Shown here piece after piece: positions 50,141 through 62,289 of a stretch of DNA of 64,000 nucleotides. The translations under genes and the position numbers were made by a program. Under the pieces are notes generated by a model. It searched no databases and was not told the DNA's origin. It was given only the letters and a program-made list of their open reading frames with translations. The stretch spans positions 8,684,361-8,748,360 of the forward strand of contig NC_068992.1 of assembly GCF_001194135.2 (NCBI RefSeq), written 5' to 3'. Source of the stretch: Octopus bimaculoides. Its lineage: Eukaryota. Within the stretch, counting starts at the first letter, position 1; each line of letters opens with the position of its first letter.

Positions 50141-52850
50141 CATCATCATCGTTTAACGTCTGCTTTCCATGCTAGCATGGGTTGGACAATTTGACTGAGG
50201 ACTGGTGGACCAGGTGGCTACACCAGGCTCCAATCTGATTTGGCAGAGTTTCTACACCTGGATGCCTTTCCTAATACCAACCACTCAGAGAGTGTAGTGG
50301 GTGNNNNNNNNNNGGCAACGGCCATGCTCAAGATGGTGTATTTTATGTGCCACCCGCACAAGAGCCAGTCCAGGGGCACTGGCAACGATCTATATATATA
50401 TGTCTGTGTGTACCCTTGTCTAAACATCACATGGTTGTAAATGAGCATCACCCTCATACAAATGAGGTTGTTCATTTCATGTCTATCTATGTCCAATTAT
50501 TACTTTGGACACAAGTGAGGCAAGAGGAAGGGCATGGCATCTGGTTCTAGAAAATCTCTCCTCAGTAACATCTGGCTGATCCATGCAAGCATGGATGATA
50601 AAAAAGGTTAAATTTTTTTGTATGTTTTTACTATTTTATATTATTTATTTACATATATGTATATATATATATATATTTATATTTGTTTAATTCAGGTTTC
50701 TTTTCTAGTGAAAATGAGATGTCAAAAACTTTCCAGAAAGTGGCTGATTCTTTAAGTTCTGAATTCAAATTTGGACATACATTTGAAAGTTCAATATTAG
50801 ATGAATATGGTTATAAAGAGTAAGTTGCTATTCAGACAGAAAATTCAGTTAAAGATTGTTTTCTAACATTGAAAAAAGTCTCTTGATGATAATGTAAATG
50901 CTGTGAGGAATTTTTCCTTTGTAATATTCACCTGTTTTCTTTAAACTTGGCAATTTTAAGATAATTTAACTGTTTTAGAAACTTCTTAATGAATTTATTA
51001 TAGAATCATATATTGAATGTTTGTTCAGTCCAAGTGCATCAGGCATATTTATGGATAACCATTTATGTAATTTACATACCAAATATGTTGAGTGATCAAG
51101 GAGATTTTACATGTTTGCTTGATATAGCAACTAAATCTCCCTAAAATTACACCTAACCTCCTTAACCCTTTCGTTACTATATTTCTGACCAAGATACACC
51201 CCTCATGAGTTTCAATTAAATTCAAAAATAATCATGAATTTAGACTAGTTTCATGAAACAGCTGTAACTTTTTTACTTATCAACATATTAATGCGATATT
51301 TGGAACATAATTAAAGCGTTCTTAATCAATTTTATTGCATAACTTTTGTCTCAAAATGACTCTAATTACAGTTTATAATTATCAGTTTGATTTTTTTCTT
51401 TTAGTGCTATTGTCATGTTCCAACCACCCAGGCTACACAGCAAATTTGAAGAAAGCAAAATAAAATATTCAAGTGATATCTCAGCCTCTTCAATAAAAGA
51501 GTGGGTAAAAGAAACAAGGTATGTCTCTTATAAAATTCATGTATTTCTTTCCCACCCATATAAAATGTAAATATCTGAAGCCTTAAAGCTGAATGACAAT
51601 TTAGAAGAAATAATATGCAAACTTGGCTTAATTCAAGAAATGATTTTTATGGAGTCGTAAAATTTCCATACTTATTTTTATTAAGCAATCCACTTAACCT
51701 AAACTATATGCTAATCTCTGCTAATCTGTCAATATTGCCTTTAAATAGTAGAGTTCATTTACAATGTTAGTTTATAGCATGTTTGGGAATCATCTCACTT
51801 ACCTAAGTGACAAAATGAGACGAATCTGCAGCATTCTGAGACGGAAAGGTTTGCCAGAATTGAGAGGTTATCTTGATCTACTTGGTGTCACAGTTGTTCA
51901 GTAGAGAAAGTTACAACGGTTTGGTTACCTGATTATTAAATGCTCAAAAATATTCACTTTCAAGGTAGAAGACCCTGGCCTTGTGGATGTCCAAAGAAAT
52001 AGTTGACAAATAACATCCTTATGCAGCCCACATTAATTTTGCTGTCCCCTACATGGCTCATATAAGATCTATGTTGCAGTACTGTTTTGTTCATGTATCT
52101 GGTATGGTAAAATTGCTATTCAGAAGCATTGTAAAATACAGCATATAGGTGAATGTTATCAGCAATCAATAAAAATGTTTCTAGATGTAACTATTAGCTG
52201 TCAATGTTCTTTTTTTTCCCTGTTCCTTCTGCTGTTACAAACACTTCTATACCCAATTCAACAAATTGCCTACCCCCTATAGTCATTCTACCCAAAACAT
52301 TTATCATTGTCTCATCATACCCACTGCACCCCACCCCTCAAACTCTGCAGAAAGCATTTGAACATTTATTCTTCAAGTTGTAACAGAATTTTCCTCTATT
52401 TTCCTTTTTTCTTGTTGGCATCAAAACATCATTAGTCATCAACTGCATTGTATCCAGCTGTTTAGAAGAGGCTGCAATGTTTGGAAATTTCATCTACTCT
52501 TTTGATTGGCTAATAATTATAACAATATTGTTTTCAATGTGATCCTGTAAGTAATTGTAATTATTAGTTAATGATGCTTTTTAGTTTAAGATCTGGTACA
52601 CTGTGAATGTGAAGAAAGTGGATATTATTGAGCACAGTTGAAGCATAATGGGTGATAGCAGCTAATAGATAGTGTGTATATATATATATATATATATCTG
52701 AGTGGTTGGCGTTAGGAAGGGCATCCAGCTGTAGAAACTCTGCCAAATTAGATTGGAGCCTGGTATAGCCATCCGGTTGCACCAGTCCTCAGTCAAATCG
52801 TCCAACCCATGCTAGCATGGAAAACGGACGTTAAACGATGATGATGATGA

Positions 52851-52897
<47 letters not shown>

Positions 52898-55800
52898 TAA
52901 ATATAAATAAAGAGAGAGAATAAGATTGATAGAGAATTACAGATCACAAGAGCATCAATAACATTAACATCTAATGCATACCCAGTGTAAATTTGAATTT
53001 TTCTTGTTTTATTCCAGCATTGGTTTGTGTGGTCACAGAGTCCAAGACAATGCCAATGATTTTAAAAAGCCTTTGGTTGTTGCATTTTACGACGTTGACT
53101 ACGTAAAAAATTCTAAAGGTACTAACTATTGGAGAAACAGGTAAATATGTATTTTTTCCCTGTAATGCTATTTTTCCTCTTTATAGTGATAACACTTGTC
53201 AGTATATTAAACTTGATGAATAATTTGCTGCATTTAAATATCTGCACTTTATATTTGTTGTTTTAAAGTTTTTATTACATTATTTCTAGTCTTGTATTGA
53301 AACTTGCATAACCAAAAAGTCAACAGTGTAACAAATCTTATTTTCAGAGATTGAAGGCTAAAATTCATTATATCTAGCTTGACTTTTCAGTTTAATGCAT
53401 TGTAAGTGATGAAATTTAAGTATTTAGGATAAAGAAACAATCTTTCTGATAATAAATACTGGTTTTCAGCAGTAGTGTATATTACTAACTCTACTTAATC
53501 TTGTGGAATTGTTTGAGTGTAGAAAACTAGGTGTTATCATCTGAAATTTGAACTATGATAAACATATTACGATTGCAGATGTATGCTCTAAGCTATAACC
53601 ATAGCACCGTCAAAAAGAACTTTTGTAGATAGCATTTGTATTTTTTTAGTGGTTCTTCCATCACAATGTTGGCAAGTTTGAAAACTGTGCCTGGCTGATG
53701 AGGCCAGAATAAGATGTATAGAATTGTCTCCCATGTTTACCAAACGAAAACATTAATCATTGCACCATTCTTTTAAGCTATTTAGTGATACTTATACATA
53801 TATTTTACATAAAGGCAGTGAGCTGGCAGAATTCTTAGCATGCCGGGCGAAATGCTTAGTATTTCGTCTGTCTTTACGTGCTGAGTTCAAAGTACCAGTT
53901 GCTTACTGGGGTCGATCTAATCGACTGGCCCCTCCCCCAAAATTTCGGGCCTTGTGCTTAGAATAGAAAAGTGTATTATACATTCATTACCTCCCTTAGA
54001 TTTGACGAAATGATCATCCAAAAGTTGTTCCCCTTTGTTTTCCTAGAGCTAAACAGGAGTTGTTGGCCAATAGACTTTACTATCTTGTTTTTGTTTACCC
54101 CAAAATCTCGTAATTTTTATCAGTTTTTCATGTCTTACTCCAAAATGGAGTTGAACACCGATGTTCTATGTGAGGGGTGACTATTCTTCATTCTTCTCTG
54201 CTTTCAGTTGTAAACAATGTTTATTTTTTAATTTATAGGGTTATGAAAGTGGCCAAGAAGTTTAAAGAAGCAGGAAAAGATGTAACTTTTGCTATTAGTG
54301 ACCGGAATGAGTTCTCCTATGAAATTAGTGAGTTTGGTGCAAGTGAACTCCCATCAGCCAAACCCATTGTTACTGTCCGAGATTCTAAAGACAGGAAATT
54401 TGTTATGAAAGAAGAATTCAGGTATGGCACTAGAATTTGTGTAAAATTTAGAAATTCAGCAATGCCATTTAATCATAAAATTTATTTAAAGAAAACTTGT
54501 CTCATGCAAGCTTCCTCAATTATGATAGTGAAATTTAAAGTGTGTAAATATTATCAAATTTTTCTGTATATTAAATTAGTTTGCAGCTGAAACCACATGG
54601 TTCCTAACTCAGCCCCACTTTGTGACACCTAGGGCAAGTATCTTCTATTATAGCCTCAGGCTGGCCAAAGCTTTTGTGAGTGGGTTTAGTAGATGGAAAC
54701 TGAAAGTAGCCTGTCGTGGGAGTGGGTGTGTGTGTGTGCGCACACACGCACACACACACACACNNNNNNNNNNNNNNNNNNNNNNNNNNNNNNNNNNNNN
54801 NNNNNNNNNNNNNNNNNNNNNNNNNNNNNNNNNNNNNNNNNNNNNNNNNNNNNNNNNNNNNNNNNNNNNNNNNNNNNNNNNNNNNNNNNNNNNNNNNNNN
54901 NNNNNNNNNNNNNTTAACATATTTACCAGTATTACATAAAAATATCTTGAAAAATTTATTCAATAAAATTGCCATTGGCTTCAACCATAGCCTCCAGACA
55001 ACTATGGAATCTCCTGCAACTCTTCTGGACAGTCACCTTGTTTTTGGTGAATGCTGCCATAATCCTTGCCGTCAGTTCATCTTTGGTGTTGCAAGGAGTT
55101 TTGTTGGTCTCTTGCTCAACTGTTTCCCCACACTTAATAATGAAGGAGGTTGCATTCTGCGGAGTTAGGTGGCCAGGTGTGATGTGGTTCCAGAAATTGT
55201 AGCACAATTTTTCCATTCATATATTCATAATCACTTGATAGCTCCCTTTCATGAAAGTGCCTGACCATATATCTCTTTTCTCTGAAGGTTTTTTAAAAAA
55301 TATTTCAGCATAATTAGTAACTAGTCTCTAGGCTTAGTTTTAATGCTACCTGTGACCCGTTATTAGACACACAAATCAATGAAAGCCCCTGTTGTCACAC
55401 TTGACATACAAGGATGAACAGCCTCTTCTCCTTCAGCTCACACCCACCTTTTTAAAATGGATAATGTAATTTAGATATATTCTAGATACACAAAAGGCGA
55501 CTTTTGATGGAACACCTTTGAGCTTTTAATTCTACTTGATTTGGAATTATCTGGTTGTTAAATAATATTTATTACCTTATCTACTACATGTTTCTACCAT
55601 CTTCATATGCACTAACATCAAACATTTCATGTTTTTCCTGCCAATTTTATATTTTCAGCCCGGATAACTTAGAAAGTTTTGTAAATGATTTCTTTGATGA
55701 TAAATTGCAGCCGTATCTAAAATCTGAGATTGTACCATCTGATAATAGTGCACCAGTTAAGGTAAAATTATTTTTCTTTTTATAGGTGGGGTAAATTAAA

Positions 55801-58800
55801 GCTTCTCATTAACTTTTATTTCGTATACATTTTTCATGATACTTCAGCTGTAGCAATATGCAAATGTTATTTACATATTTATTTTATATGTATAATTTTA
55901 TTCATTAACCCATTACCTCCCATAATTCTATTAACTGAAATTTTTTTTATGAAACTTTGATTTCTAGCATAAAACAGCCTTAGGAACACGCTGGAATGAT
56001 TAAAATAACATTTCAAAATAACATTTTAAATAGAAATAAGCGAGACATTGGGTGAAAAATTAGCAAACCTCATTTGAATATCAGAGAAATATACCTAGTA
56101 GATATAGCAAAAAGGTTAGATATGTGTAAATATTGACAGATAATTACGAAATTTGTAATTTTTAAGTAGGTAATGGGTTAAGAATGTAACCATATTTATT
56201 GTAACTTTCTAAGCAAGCAATATTGCCAGTTGTAAGATCTAGATGGTTTATTAAATGGCTATTGTTAGCTTTCAGTATTTATTTTTGCATTTGAGGATCT
56301 TGACTTGAAGTTGTCGCTGTTATTGGATTAAATATTTATTTCCCTAGGTTGTTGTAGCTAAAAATTTTGATGAAATTGTTAATGATAAAAGTAAAGATGT
56401 ACTCATCGAATTTTATGCCCCATGGTGTGGTCACTGCAAAAGTCTCGAACCTAAATATACGGAACTGGCAGAGCTTGTAAGTAAATGATTTTGAGCATTA
56501 ATTTTTCTGAGTTGGTGAAATTTTTTAACTTACAAATTTGTCTGTTTCGGCCTATTTTTGTTTGTTTTTCACTCTAAGTTAGGCATATACAGCCTTACTG
56601 TGGCCATTCATAAGTCAAAATTCACTATCTGGTTTTGTGACATTATTTTCTATGTTAATCTAATGTAATCTAAGTTAATCTAATGTAATAAATGCAAAAA
56701 CTAATTTGTGTGTCAGTGTATCACACTTCACCCCCCCCCTCACTATTCGTTGACACTTCTACTATTGCTCATGCTGGGGTGAGAGTGATAGTAGGCATAG
56801 TGAGGGTGGTGGCGAAGAGAGAGAGAGAGAGAGAGAGACAAAGAAATTTAGGGAGAGTTCTTATTAAAAGTAGTGTTGACGGTGGCAGTGGGAATAATGA
56901 GAAAGTGGGACTGAACACTGAACCAACATACTGAACACAATTCTTTTACACACACATTTAGCCTTTTTGTGATGGTAAGGGGGTGATAGTAATAACATGT
57001 GCTGTAGTTGTGATAGAGGTGGCAGCAGGGGTGGTGGTTTTAGCTGAGGTGGTCAGGGATGGCTGAGAGTAACTGATGTGAAAGGCAGTGGTGATGATGG
57101 TGGTGGAGGGGAAGGCAGTGAAGTCAGGTATTGATGGTGGTAGTGTCAGAAGTCTGAATGGTGTGTGTATGGCAGATGTGGTGGTGGTGGTACTGTTGTT
57201 TATCATGCAACTTTGCAATAAGTTCCAAGTCGACATTATATCGTTGTTTTGATGAAGTGATTCTTTTTATTCCTCTTTGAGAATTGGCTACATTACACTG
57301 TGTGAAGGGTTCTGGGGGAACCACTTGCAGCATCCCTTCCTTCAGAGATGGAGAAGGGTTGAGGGTCTTGCAACCTCTGTTCATAGAAAAAAAAATATGG
57401 TACTGAAACAATCCTGAGATGACTTGGTATGCAGTACAGCATGAAATGAAAATTGTGTGTCAGATCTTTCATCATATGTCTAGAATGTGTTAACTGATAT
57501 TGTTTCATTGTATCAGTGACTGAGGTTGGTTTGTTGATAATTTCTCTTTTATTATTCATATATAATTTCAACTTTAATTTTCTGAATTATTTAGTTGAAA
57601 GATGAATCTGAAATAACCATTGCAAAAATGGATGCCACTGCTAATGATGTTCCGAAACCATATGAAGTTTCTGGGTAAGTCAACTAGGAGAAAAATACAT
57701 TTGAATTTTGTTTTTACTTTTCAGTCTTACTTAACTCTTTCGCTTCTATATTTATAATTAGAATATTTGCTTGTCTGTTTCAATTTTAAAATTATCAATT
57801 TAAATCAATTTTGTTTAATTAAAACCTAGGTGGTGTTTTGAACAAAACTTAATTGGTCCTCACTTAAATATAATATGGAATATTTTTGCCATGAAACTAT
57901 TCTGTTTGCAGATAAAAAAAATTCTAGTGAAATGTTAAAATTTTGTTTGTCAGAAATGAAGTTTTTAGCCAATATTTAGCTGGGAAAAACAAGATTGTAG
58001 CATAGCACTTGAAGAATTGAGCATATTAGATTTTAAACTGAGCTTGGATACATATAAACAGGTAATGGGGAATATAGTATGATGTACTGTAAGTGAACCC
58101 ATCCATAGTGAGTTATTCATATAAAATGAAACTTGTTACTTATCAGGTAAATTCAGATAAATAATTTTAAAAAATGTGTGGTAAACATTTTGTAAATTTT
58201 AACTATATAGTTCTTAAAGGTGTTTTATATTTGGCAAAAACTACTATAATATTGTCCAGAGGTGGTGAAGCACAACCTTCGAACATTGGGCCTCACGGAG
58301 GCGATAACAAGTAACTGAGACCATTGGAGATATGCTGTGCTTGAGAAGACCTGGCAAGCCAAGTGAGATCGTAACTGTGGCCTATGCCAGTGCAGCATAA
58401 ACAGGTCCATCTAAGAGTACCTTTCAATCATTGGGCGATAAACTGTGCTTGCGAAGACCTATTGAGTCAAGTGAAGTCATTGTTGTGGCCGATGACAGTA
58501 CCACCTGATTGGCACCTGTGCTGGTGGCATGTAAAAAGCCCCATTCGAGCGTGGTCGATGCCAGTGCCGGTGGCACGTAAAAAGCCCCATTTGAACATGG
58601 TCGATGCCAGTGCTGGTGGCACGTAAAAATACCATATGAGTGTAGTCATTGTCAGTTCCCTCTGACTGGCTCCTGTGCTGGTGGTACGTAAAAAGTACCA
58701 TTCAAGTGTGGATGATGCCAGTACTACGAGACTGGCCCTCGTACTGATGGCACATAAAAAGCACCCACTACACTCTTGGAGTGGTTGGCATTAGGAAGGG

Positions 58801-59721
58801 CATCCAGCTGTAGAAAATCTGCCAGATCAGATTGGAGCCTGGTGCAGCATATAAATGAGTGCTTTGTGGCATATTTGTGAAATATAGCTATGAGCAGTTT
58901 TGGGAATTTTAGTGATGAAAGGATTAAATCTTGTTCCATTGTCTTGGATTTCAATATTGGTTTCAAATGACACAAGATAATTTGTAAATTATATCTCTGT
59001 TAATTCTTTCCTGACCACACCTAATGAAACATAGTTTCATTTAATTTTGCCAATGAAAATATCTGGGGGATTTAGTAAAATGACTTATTTAGTTTATAAA
59101 AGGTTATTACATAATCTTATGAGCTTAAATTTAAATATGAACGGTTTAGACAATTAAGGGCATGTAGATTAGTATCAAAAGTATGAATATATATTTGCTG
59201 TATGTGTAAAATGTGCTTTATTTTTTTCTTGTAGATTTCCAACTATTTACTTTGCTCCAAAAGACTCAAAGGATGCTCCTCGAAAATACAATGTAAGTAT
59301 ATGATTAAGTTTCTTTGATTGGATCTAGGTGACAACCCCTTGCATAGGATATCAATATTATATTTGCACATTGTTTATTTTTAATTTGATTTTTAAGTAA
59401 ACCTCCATTTTNNNNNNNNNNNNNNNNNNNNNNNNNNNNNNNNNNNNNNNNNNNNNNNNNNNNNNNNNNNNNNNNNNNNNNNNNNNNNNNNNNNNNNNNN
59501 NNNNNNNNNNNNNNNNNNNNNNNNNNNNNNNNNNNNNNNNNNNNNNNNNNNNNNNNNNNNNNNNNNNNNNNATTTTACAATGTTTTTTCTTCTTTTGTTA
59601 GGGTGGTCGTGAAGTTGATGATTTCGTTAAATATTTAGCTAAAGAAGCCACCAATGAATTGAAAGGATACACCCAATCTGGTGGAAAGAAGAAGACAAAA
59701 AAAGCAAAGAAAGAATTGTAG
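40909..59721 (+). CDS. PDIA3: Protein disulfide-isomerase A3 (ERp57), 499 aa, 13 exons
   Basis: join(40909..41060, 47594..47681, 48349..48466, 49613..49720, 50696..50819, 51405..51518, 53018..53140, 54239..54421, 55659..55761, 56348..56476, 57595..57674, 59235..59292, 59602..59721) = 1500 nt, GT-AG, frame intact. Signal peptide, two WCGHCK thioredoxin sites, the ERp57-specific [26 protein letters not shown], and a basic C-terminus ending KKEL. Confidence 0.98.
43115..43199. repeat. (TA)n microsatellite, ~85 bp
   Basis: Uninterrupted TA run. Other runs near 2139, 12118, 20790, 50087 (GT/AT) and 52855. Confidence 0.95.
44330..45270 (+). mobile_element. RTE-type LINE fragment (RT remnant, pyrimidine-rich 3' UTR, tail) in PDIA3 intron 1
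   Basis: [32 protein letters not shown] resembles GVHQGSVLSPLLF...GCPWELLYADD; then [11 protein letters not shown] and [11 protein letters not shown]. The CT-rich 3' region is homologous to 16500-17420. Confidence 0.7.
47795..48021. mobile_element. piggyBac-like MITE family 1, copy in PDIA3 intron 2
   Basis: TTAG-CCCTTTAGCAT...ATGCTAAAGGG-TTAA. Confidence 0.8.
48480..48706. mobile_element. piggyBac-like MITE family 1, copy in PDIA3 intron 3
   Basis: TTAA-TCCTTTAGCAT...GGCTAAAAGG-TTAA; collinear with 47795-48021. Confidence 0.75.
49933..50100 (+). mobile_element. SINE family A 5' half in PDIA3 intron 4
   Basis: Family A head and body ending in (GT)n. Confidence 0.75.
50141..50390 (-). mobile_element. 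Family D copy in PDIA3 intron 4
   Basis: Near-exact reverse complement of 52698-52852. Confidence 0.85.
51795..52000 (+). mobile_element. RTE-type LINE ORF2 C-terminal fragment in PDIA3 intron 6
   Basis: [38 protein letters not shown] resembles ELR..LG......RLRWFGHV. Confidence 0.5.
52698..52852 (+). mobile_element. Family D copy in PDIA3 intron 6
   Basis: GTTAGGAAGGGCATCCAGCTGTAGAAAC...CCCATGCTAGCATGGAAAACGGACGTTAAAC(GAT)n. Confidence 0.85.
53814..53971 (+). mobile_element. SINE family C copy, internally deleted, in PDIA3 intron 7
   Basis: Same head and tail as 21751-21905. Confidence 0.8.
54585..54763 (+). mobile_element. SINE family A 5' half in PDIA3 intron 8
   Basis: Family A head and body ending in (GT)/(CA)n at a gap. 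Confidence 0.75.
54914..55220 (-). mobile_element. Tc1/mariner (maT/DD37D-like) transposase 3' fragment in PDIA3 intron 8
   Basis: Translation ...[25 protein letters not shown]...[24 protein letters not shown] resembles the maT-type transposase C-terminus. Confidence 0.75.
55905..56181. mobile_element. piggyBac-like MITE family 2 in PDIA3 intron 9
   Basis: TTAA-CCCATTACCT...AGGTAATGGG-TTAA: perfect 10-bp TIR with TTAA TSD. Confidence 0.75.
58290..58850 (+). mobile_element. Long family D copy with internal tandem units in PDIA3 intron 11
   Basis: Motif GGYACRTAAAAAG repeated five times, then the family D core. Confidence 0.8.
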
Positions 59722-60000
59722 ATTTTCCTTTCCATTTAAATATATTTTATTTTTCTTATTTATATCACTTATCTTCAATTTCTTCCTTTATTCATTTAAG
59801 AAAAACTTTCAAAGACTTAAAATTCATCTTAGGGTCCTCTGTTTTCATCTGTTCTTTTTTGTTTTTGATTCGGTCCTTCTGTAATGCCACTCAGTGGTAT
59901 GAGGATGTAAATTTTCATTAAAATGCTCCTCTAAAATTTATGGATGAAAGGAAAATGTCTGAACAACTCATACAATGTTATTGTACACTTAATTTTTGCT

Positions 60001-60006
60001 AATAAA
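60001..60006 (+). terminator. Probable PDIA3 polyadenylation signal
   Basis: AATAAA 280 nt after the PDIA3 stop, followed by a T-rich tract. Confidence 0.5.
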
Positions 60007-60580
60007 TTTTTTTTTAAAAAAAGGAATTCCAAATTACACAAAAATGTTTGTATAAACATGATTTATATCTGAATTTATTGCCATTTTGTTTTCAGCTTAA
60101 TGAGTTTATATGGATAAAGCAACTGCTTCATTCTTGAAGCTTTAAATATCCAGTGTTTATCATTGCATCTAAAATTTAAACAGTACTATTGAAAACATCT
60201 TTTATTCTATGATGGACAGATATCCATTCATCATCATCATCATCCTTTAATGTCCGTTTTCTATGGCATGGGTTGGCTGGTTTGACCTGAGCTAGCAAGC
60301 AGGGGGAGCTGCACCAGGTTCCAGTTCTTGGTCTTGATGTCTTTCCTAACGTGAGATGTAGACAAGCTCAATATAGAAAACACATAGTTGTGCTCAAAGG
60401 AATTTGAACTTCAACTCTGACGTCATCATCCTGTGGAATGACCTAGATAGATAGATAGATAGAGCCAAGGCAAGGCCCATGGTATGAAGTGTGGCTAAAG
60501 AGAAATCCAAATCGAGCTGATACATCAAGCGTCTGTGTTTATCTGCATTACTACTTCTACACACACACGCACGCACACGC

Positions 60581-60619
<39 letters not shown>

Positions 60620-62289
60620 CATACATACACACAGCGCATACACCTAAACGTACATAAATATGTACAAATATGTACATTTCTATAACATTGGTATTTGAAT
60701 ATTATTTCTTTGCACCTGTGTGCTTGCTTATGTGTTTATACATAAGTTATTTTATTCAGCATGGGTTGAAATATAGAAAAATGAAGTTGAAAATACATTG
60801 GGATTTTCAATGCTTTGTTTTTAGAGGCTTTACCGGTTTCATAGTCTTGATTTTCAACAAGTGAAGTAAAGATGTGGGTTTTATGCCACAACTGACTTGT
60901 TTCAGATTGGAATTTGAAAATGCTCTTGTTTTTAGAGAAAGAATATGACTCAAATTAGTATCTGTTTAAGATGCAATTTGATTAAGCTTAGGAATTTTGA
61001 AAGTTACTTGCTACGTTTGTGTGCTAATGTCATATGGCAATATTTTTGGCTCTGAAAATTAAGGCCGACAGGTTATGTGGCCATGTTTAGTGACGACAGT
61101 TGCAGTATAAATCCTACATCTATCTCGACTTTCAGAAATCAGAAAAAATCTGAAACTGGTTGTTAAAAACATATCATCTGAAAGACTCCCATTACATTTT
61201 CAACTTCTTGCACGTGCACACATACACACACACACACACCAATGGGAAAGGAAAAGTTGTTACAGCAGCTGCTGGTGAGAACACCAGATGCTGTTTGACA
61301 TTCTTGGGATGATTTTGCGGTCACCCTCTAATATACAATGTTTATAAATAGCACTTCCAGAAGAGNNNNNNNNNNNNNNNNNNNNNNNNNNNNNNNNNNN
61401 NNNNNNNNNNNNNNNNNNNNNNNNNNNNNNNNNNNNNNNNNNNNNNNNNNNNNNNNNNNNNNNNNNNNNNNNNNNNNNNNNNNNNNNNNNNNNNNNNNNN
61501 NNNNNNNNNNNNNNNNNNNNNNNNNNNNNNNNNNNNNNNNNNNNNNNNNNNNNNNNNNNNNNNNNNNNNNNNNNNNNNNNNNNNNNNNNNNNNNNNNNNN
61601 NNNNNNNNNNNNNNNNNNNNNNNNNNNNNNNNNNNNNNNNNNNNNNNNNNNNNNNNNNNNNNNNNNNNNNNNNNNNNNNNNNNNNNNNNNNNNNNNNNNN
61701 NNNNNNNNNNNNNNNNNNNNNNNNNNNNNNNNNNNNNNNNNNNNNNNNNNNNNNNNNNNNNNNNNNNNNNNNNNNNNNNNNNNNNNNNNNNNNNNNNNNN
61801 NNNNNNNNNNNNNNNNNNNNNNNNNNNNNNNNNNNNNNNNNNNNNNNNNNNNNNNNNNNNNNNNNNNNNNNNNNNNNNNNNNNNNNNNNNNNNNNNNNNN
61901 NNNNNNNNNNNNNNNNNNNNNNNNNNNNNNNNNNNNNNNNNNNNNNNNNNNNNNNNNNNNNNNNNNNNNNNNNNNNNNNNNNNNNNNNNNNNNNNNNNNN
62001 NNNNNNNNNNNNNNNNNNNNNNNNNNNNNNNNNNNNNNNNNNNNNNNNNNNNNNNNNNNNNNNNNNNNNNNNNNNNNNNNNNNNNNNNNNNNNNNNNNNN
62101 NNNNNNNNNNNNNNNNNNNNNNNNNNNNNNNNNNNNNNNNNNNNNNNNNNNNNNNNNNNNNNNNNNNNNNNNNNNNNNNNNNNNNNNNNNNNNNNNNNNN
62201 NNNNNNNNNNNNNNNNNNNNNNNNNNNNNNNNNNNNNNNNNNNNNNNNNNNNNNNNNNNNNNATACCAGCCACTCGCACTGAAAAGCCT

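Noticed and set aside
56958-57236. Mucin-like Thr-rich ORF
   Set aside because: Degenerate (GGT/GAT) simple repeat in PDIA3 intron 10 with no splice support.
58520-58765. CRISPR-like repeat-spacer appearance
   Set aside because: Eukaryotic intron, degenerate repeats, related spacers of unequal length, no cas genes, and it runs into a retroposon tail.
59412-59571. Missing PDIA3 exon hidden in the gap
   Set aside because: Exons 12 and 13 join in frame (RKYN|GGREVDDF) as in ERp57 orthologs.
60418-60425. CRE palindrome TGACGTCA after PDIA3
   Set aside because: Single 8-mer with no associated gene or motif cluster visible; expected by chance.
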